Below, piece after piece: positions 28,187 to 32,000 of a DNA stretch of 32,000 nt. The translations under genes were made by a program, and so were the position numbers. The stretch covers positions 810,001-842,000 of the forward strand of contig OZ245049.1 of NCBI GenBank assembly GCA_965224465.1, read 5' to 3'. The notes under the pieces were generated by a model. It was not told the DNA's origin. It ran no database searches and saw only the letters and a program-made list of their open reading frames with translations. This stretch comes from Flavobacteriaceae bacterium (GTDB taxonomy: Bacteria > Bacteroidota > Bacteroidia > Flavobacteriales > Flavobacteriaceae). Position 1 is the stretch's first letter; each line of letters starts with the position of its first letter.

Positions 28187-28873
28187 TTAATCGTTTAAGG
28201 CACCTTTACGAATCCAGTTTTCCACTAATTTCTTATCACTTGCACTTGCACTGATACTCGCTTGATGCTTAAAACTGATACCATCGACATGCAATACATT
28301 TATCATAAAACTTTCTTTTGTAGAAAATGGTTTTACTCTAAAAAGACTCGAATTGGTCGCTTTTACATTGACAAGATTGTTATAACTATACGTTGGTAAT
28401 AAATTCAGATTTGCAGCAACTTCTCCACTAGAATCGCCATGGCATACCATACAAGAGTTAAACACTTGTTTTTGAACTCTTCGATAGCTCACTAAAGTCA
28501 TGTTTTTTTCTTTAAGAACAAGATCTTCCTTAACACTTTGAGAACTATACACTAGTAAATTCACTATATTCCTTCCGTTTTTAGCAAGGTATATTTTAAA
28601 TTCATAGGATCCTTTTTTGATGTTTTTCATATAAAAACTTCCTTTTCCTTGAGCTGTTATCGCCAATTTCACACTGGACAACGCTTGTGTTTCACCCGCA
28701 TTAAAAACACCAAAGCGAATGTCTTCATTATCCGTTAAATAATCCATGTCTGTAATTATTACATTACCCGATACTGAATACACTTCGGAAACATCATCTC
28801 CACCACCACTACTACAGCTTAAAGCTATCAAAAAAACCGCCAAATACCCACTTATTTTAATCATTTGTTTCAT
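28187..28873 (-). CDS. lipoprotein with an N-terminal beta-sandwich-like region and a C-terminal single-heme CxxCH (PSCyt1-like) domain
   Basis: LIALSCSS lipobox, CMVCHG, and a C-terminal LVENWIRKGALND tail. Directly abuts the next gene. Confidence 0.6.
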   Translation of the reverse strand: MKQMIKISGYLAVFLIALSCSSGGGDDVSEVYSVSGNVIITDMDYLTDNEDIRFGVFNAGETQALSSVKLAITAQGKGSFYMKNIKKGSYEFKIYLAKNGRNIVNLLVYSSQSVKEDLVLKEKNMTLVSYRRVQKQVFNSCMVCHGDSSGEVAANLNLLPTYSYNNLVNVKATNSSLFRVKPFSTKESFMINVLHVDGISFKHQASISASASDKKLVENWIRKGALND

Positions 28874-28945
28874 TTGAAAATTATTTAAAAATTTCTTCCA
28901 ACATTAAAAAAATATTGGAAGAAATCAATTATTAGTTTATCGATA

Positions 28946-30205
28946 CTAAAAAGCAAATTGCAATTGAACAGAAACCATGTGTTCTGCCAATCCATTATCA
29001 TCATCGTTTTCCTTAAATAAGGAACTATGACCATTCTTTCCTAAATACTGATACATGGTTTGTAACTTAAGATTGTGACCAACAATAAAATAATTCAATC
29101 CAATAGCAGGCATGTATAAAATCCCATCGTTATCTGTTGAATTTCTATCCATCATATCCAATCTTAAGGCAGCTTGTAACTTATCCGTTGCAAAATACCC
29201 CGCTTGGACATAGGCGCCATAGTACGTATAATTAGGTTTAATTTTCTGTCTTTCTACAAAATCCATATTTAACATATAGGCTTCCCCCGAAAGAAACAAA
29301 CGATTTGCCATATATGACACTTCTAGTCCAGCTCTCAAATCATTCGTACTCTCATAATTTGCTTCTACATTATAAGAAACACTCGGAGCAATCATAAAAT
29401 AATGACTTGTAAGTTCCGAAGGACTCCCTTGATGTAAGGGCATCGGACCATTGGGCATATACGCCACTCTTGCAGAATACAACAACGCAGGAATCCCTAA
29501 ATCATCACTCGTAGAACTGGTGGCTTTATTGACACCAATACCTGTTCCATTAAAAATTCCAACGCGATATTCAAAAGTATTGTGTAACAATCCGTGAACT
29601 TGTACTCCTATATCAAAACCAGTAGCAATGGTAGGGTTTACAGAATTGATATCAAAGTCTAAATTTACTCTTGTAGTTAAAGAGCTTGGAAGAGTACAAA
29701 AAAGAGTCTGTCCCAGACGCACCAAATACGCCTGACTAAAAGGGGTTTTAAATTTTCCGATTCGAAAACGTAACTCATCTTTTAAATTGATATCAAACCA
29801 CGCTTGATTTAATAATCTAGCACCAGATGCGGAAGCATTTATGGCTAAATTAAAGGTAACTTTATTAAATGCTTTCCCTGCAAAACCTATTAAGGAATAC
29901 GGAACAGAAAAACCAGAGTTTAAAACATTGTCTTGCTCTGCTAAATTCAAGCCCTCATCATCGTAATAGTTAAAATTTGCACGTGTTTGAATTAACACAT
30001 ACGGTTTAAAGAAAAAATTCTGGTCTTTAGATTTCCAAGAAATCCCATCTCTACCAGCAAGTGAAATTAGCTCACTTTCTATATATTTATTGGTCAGTGT
30101 ATCATTCTGTCCAAAACTATGAAACACAGAAAGCATTAATGTAAGAATGCTTATCTTTTTTAATAATTGCATCATTTTATTCTGTTTTTTGTTTGTTGTT
30201 ATCAT
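28946..30205 (-). CDS. outer-membrane porin (phosphate-selective porin O/P-like beta-barrel)
   Basis: Signal peptide, LRFRIGKFKTPFSQAYL motif, alternating strands, C-terminal ...VQLQFAF ending in Phe. Confidence 0.6.
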   Translation of the reverse strand: MITTNKKQNKMMQLLKKISILTLMLSVFHSFGQNDTLTNKYIESELISLAGRDGISWKSKDQNFFFKPYVLIQTRANFNYYDDEGLNLAEQDNVLNSGFSVPYSLIGFAGKAFNKVTFNLAINASASGARLLNQAWFDINLKDELRFRIGKFKTPFSQAYLVRLGQTLFCTLPSSLTTRVNLDFDINSVNPTIATGFDIGVQVHGLLHNTFEYRVGIFNGTGIGVNKATSSTSDDLGIPALLYSARVAYMPNGPMPLHQGSPSELTSHYFMIAPSVSYNVEANYESTNDLRAGLEVSYMANRLFLSGEAYMLNMDFVERQKIKPNYTYYGAYVQAGYFATDKLQAALRLDMMDRNSTDNDGILYMPAIGLNYFIVGHNLKLQTMYQYLGKNGHSSLFKENDDDNGLAEHMVSVQLQFAF

Positions 30206-30208
30206 TAT

Positions 30209-31381
30209 TTAAAAATTAGGAAGCGCTTTATCTGCTATCTTTTTTATAGCAATACATTCCACTTCTATCAACCATCCAGGGCGACATACAGGTGCCAATA
30301 CCATTACCTTAGGAAGGTCACAATAATTGTTTTCAAAATATGCTGCAATTACCTTTTTATCAGCTACGTCTCTAATATAAATGATAAGTTGAGCTACATC
30401 ATCCATAGCTGCATCGGCATCTTTTAATAAAGCCTTTACATTTATCATCGCACGATCTATCTGAGCACTCACATCATTTTGGTGAACAATTTCTCCTTTA
30501 TTATCAATACTTGCCGTTCCAGAAATAAAAATATGACGTCTATCTCCATAATCTACACTTGTACCACGTTCAAAAGTAACACCGTATTCGTGCGTTGGGT
30601 TCAAATTTTCTGGAGCCACTAAAAATTTCACTTGTTGCTCTTTGATTCCACCAACACTATAAGCATCCATCAAAACATTTACATTCGGATTGGCATGCCT
30701 CCCTTCTATTCCCGTGCTGGCAATAAAATGAGAATCAATATTCATGTCTAATTTATTAAAAAATGAAGATCGAGATCGTACCACACCATCGTAATTAAAG
30801 TCAACATCTTTTACAAAAAGCCAAGTACGTATACAGTGATCTTTGATGTTCATCCCCTTCTTTTCTAGGCGTTGATTCAAGTCTTCAAAAACACCAAACG
30901 TTTGATTATAAGACGTCAAAGATTTGTAATCAGAAGTCAATAGCGTAGACCAAACATGCGTATAACCATTTCTTTGAACTACTAATTCATGCTCACTTTC
31001 AAGTGTTTTTTGAATTGCGTTGTTCTTATCATTTATAACATAGGCCCATAATACGACCTTGGTATCGTTTAATGGAGGTTGTTGTACTACAGATAAAGCA
31101 CAGTTATGAACACCATTTCCTGCCCATTTTTTCATGGTAGTGAGGATGCTATCTTGATTTGCAAAATCACTTATAAAGAAGCGTGTAAAAACCAATGCAT
31201 CCTTTGGGATTGAAGCATTTTCCATATACGACTCCAGTGTATCAAGTAATTCTTTCAATTGATTTTCAAAACAATCAGTTTGGATTGCTTCAATCATTAA
31301 ATGAATTTCTTCTACGTTATTGTTCGAAAAAACAGCTTCACTTACGCGTGTTTTTTTATTTAAAATTTTATTGTATTTCAT
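30209..31381 (-). CDS. FkbO/Hyg5/XanB2-type chorismatase-like protein (RidA/YjgF-fold C-terminal domain)
   Basis: 390 aa. The C-terminal FISGTASIDNKGEIVHQNDVSAQIDRAMINVKALL...LIIYIRD...VCRPGWLIEVECIA resembles the YjgF/RidA fold as found in two-domain chorismatases. Assignment is from memory of the family. Confidence 0.45.
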   Translation of the reverse strand: MKYNKILNKKTRVSEAVFSNNNVEEIHLMIEAIQTDCFENQLKELLDTLESYMENASIPKDALVFTRFFISDFANQDSILTTMKKWAGNGVHNCALSVVQQPPLNDTKVVLWAYVINDKNNAIQKTLESEHELVVQRNGYTHVWSTLLTSDYKSLTSYNQTFGVFEDLNQRLEKKGMNIKDHCIRTWLFVKDVDFNYDGVVRSRSSFFNKLDMNIDSHFIASTGIEGRHANPNVNVLMDAYSVGGIKEQQVKFLVAPENLNPTHEYGVTFERGTSVDYGDRRHIFISGTASIDNKGEIVHQNDVSAQIDRAMINVKALLKDADAAMDDVAQLIIYIRDVADKKVIAAYFENNYCDLPKVMVLAPVCRPGWLIEVECIAIKKIADKALPNF

Positions 31382-31383
31382 TT

Positions 31384-32000
31384 TTATAATGACTTCAAAA
31401 ATGTTATTAATGCGTCTCTATCAGTTTTTTGCATTTGTTTGAACAATTGCCTAGAAACATCTCCTTCTCCTCCGTGCCACATAATGGCTTCTACATAGTT
31501 CCTCGCTCTTGCATCGTGTAAAAATGAAGTATGACCATTCACCACATTTTGCAATCCAATTCCCCAAAGTGGTGTTGTTCTCCATTCGTCACCAGAGGCA
31601 TTAAACTGAGAAAAATCATCCCCCAATGCAGGTCCCATATCATGAAGTAAATAATCTGAATACGGGTGAATGGTTTGATTTCCTAGCCATGGCATATTGG
31701 TACCATCAATTAATTTCACCCCACCAGCTTTTGTATGTAATGTAGGCGTATGGCAAAGATTACATTTGGCTCGAAAAAACATTTTCTCACCTTGTTTTAC
31801 GGTTGGATCGTCCACATATCTACGAGCAGGAACACCTAATGAATGCAAATAAAAATCTACATCCCCCATATCTTTTGTGGTAATCTGAATACCATAATCT
31901 CCTTTCACTTGTGACTGTCCTTCTGCAATTTCGTGAGGAAAACGATCATTTGTCACTCCCATATCAGATAAAAAACCAAGTTCTACGGTCAAATCTGCAT
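31384..32000 (-). CDS. di-heme cytochrome c peroxidase-like protein (DUF1111 family), C-terminal ~205 codons; the N-terminus lies beyond the right window edge
   Basis: The frame stays open to the window end; the listed start at 31992 is a TTG inside the frame. Contains CNLCHTP (CxxCH), HPYSDYLLHDMG, WRTTPLWGIG and FLHDARARNYVEAIMWHGGEG. Confidence 0.75.
   Translation of the reverse strand, partial: ADLTVELGFLSDMGVTNDRFPHEIAEGQSQVKGDYGIQITTKDMGDVDFYLHSLGVPARRYVDDPTVKQGEKMFFRAKCNLCHTPTLHTKAGGVKLIDGTNMPWLGNQTIHPYSDYLLHDMGPALGDDFSQFNASGDEWRTTPLWGIGLQNVVNGHTSFLHDARARNYVEAIMWHGGEGDVSRQLFKQMQKTDRDALITFLKSL

Overview
AT-rich segment, probably Bacteroidota (Flavobacteriia-like), judged from TssD-type Hcp, many lipoproteins and a TAnnTTTG promoter box. 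Nearly all real genes are on the minus strand.

Layout:
- 1-1694: exported catalase-peroxidase KatG, running off the left edge.
- ~1.9-19.5 kb: accessory island made of a tandemly amplified unit. The unit is a 222-aa lipoprotein, a ~830-nt non-coding spacer, a TssD/Hcp-like tube protein with a C-terminal extension, a GH19/COG3179-type muramidase-like effector, and a 243-aa lipoprotein (putative immunity).
- Each effector locus is followed by ~970-bp orphan cassettes. Each cassette carries the last ~62 codons of the effector plus a full, diverged immunity paralog.
- One unit is intact (15273-19226). A second has its effector split by an IS66 element with a clean 8-bp target duplication. A third is reduced to an IS30-disrupted lipoprotein gene plus part of the spacer. 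A second IS30 lacks a target duplication and joins non-contiguous immunity fragments.
- 19288-19482: metzincin (HExxHxxGxxH) gene remnant directly upstream of the rightmost lipoprotein. A decayed relative lies near 21.4-21.6 kb.
- 19.9-32 kb: ordinary-looking envelope genes. These are two lipoproteins, a HlyD/FtsX-permease/TolC efflux operon, and an operon of exported heme proteins, beta-barrels and a chorismatase-like protein, ending in a partial DUF1111 di-heme protein.

Main hypothesis: the island is a silent-cassette system for a T6SS cargo effector, with the recombination point inside the catalytic domain.
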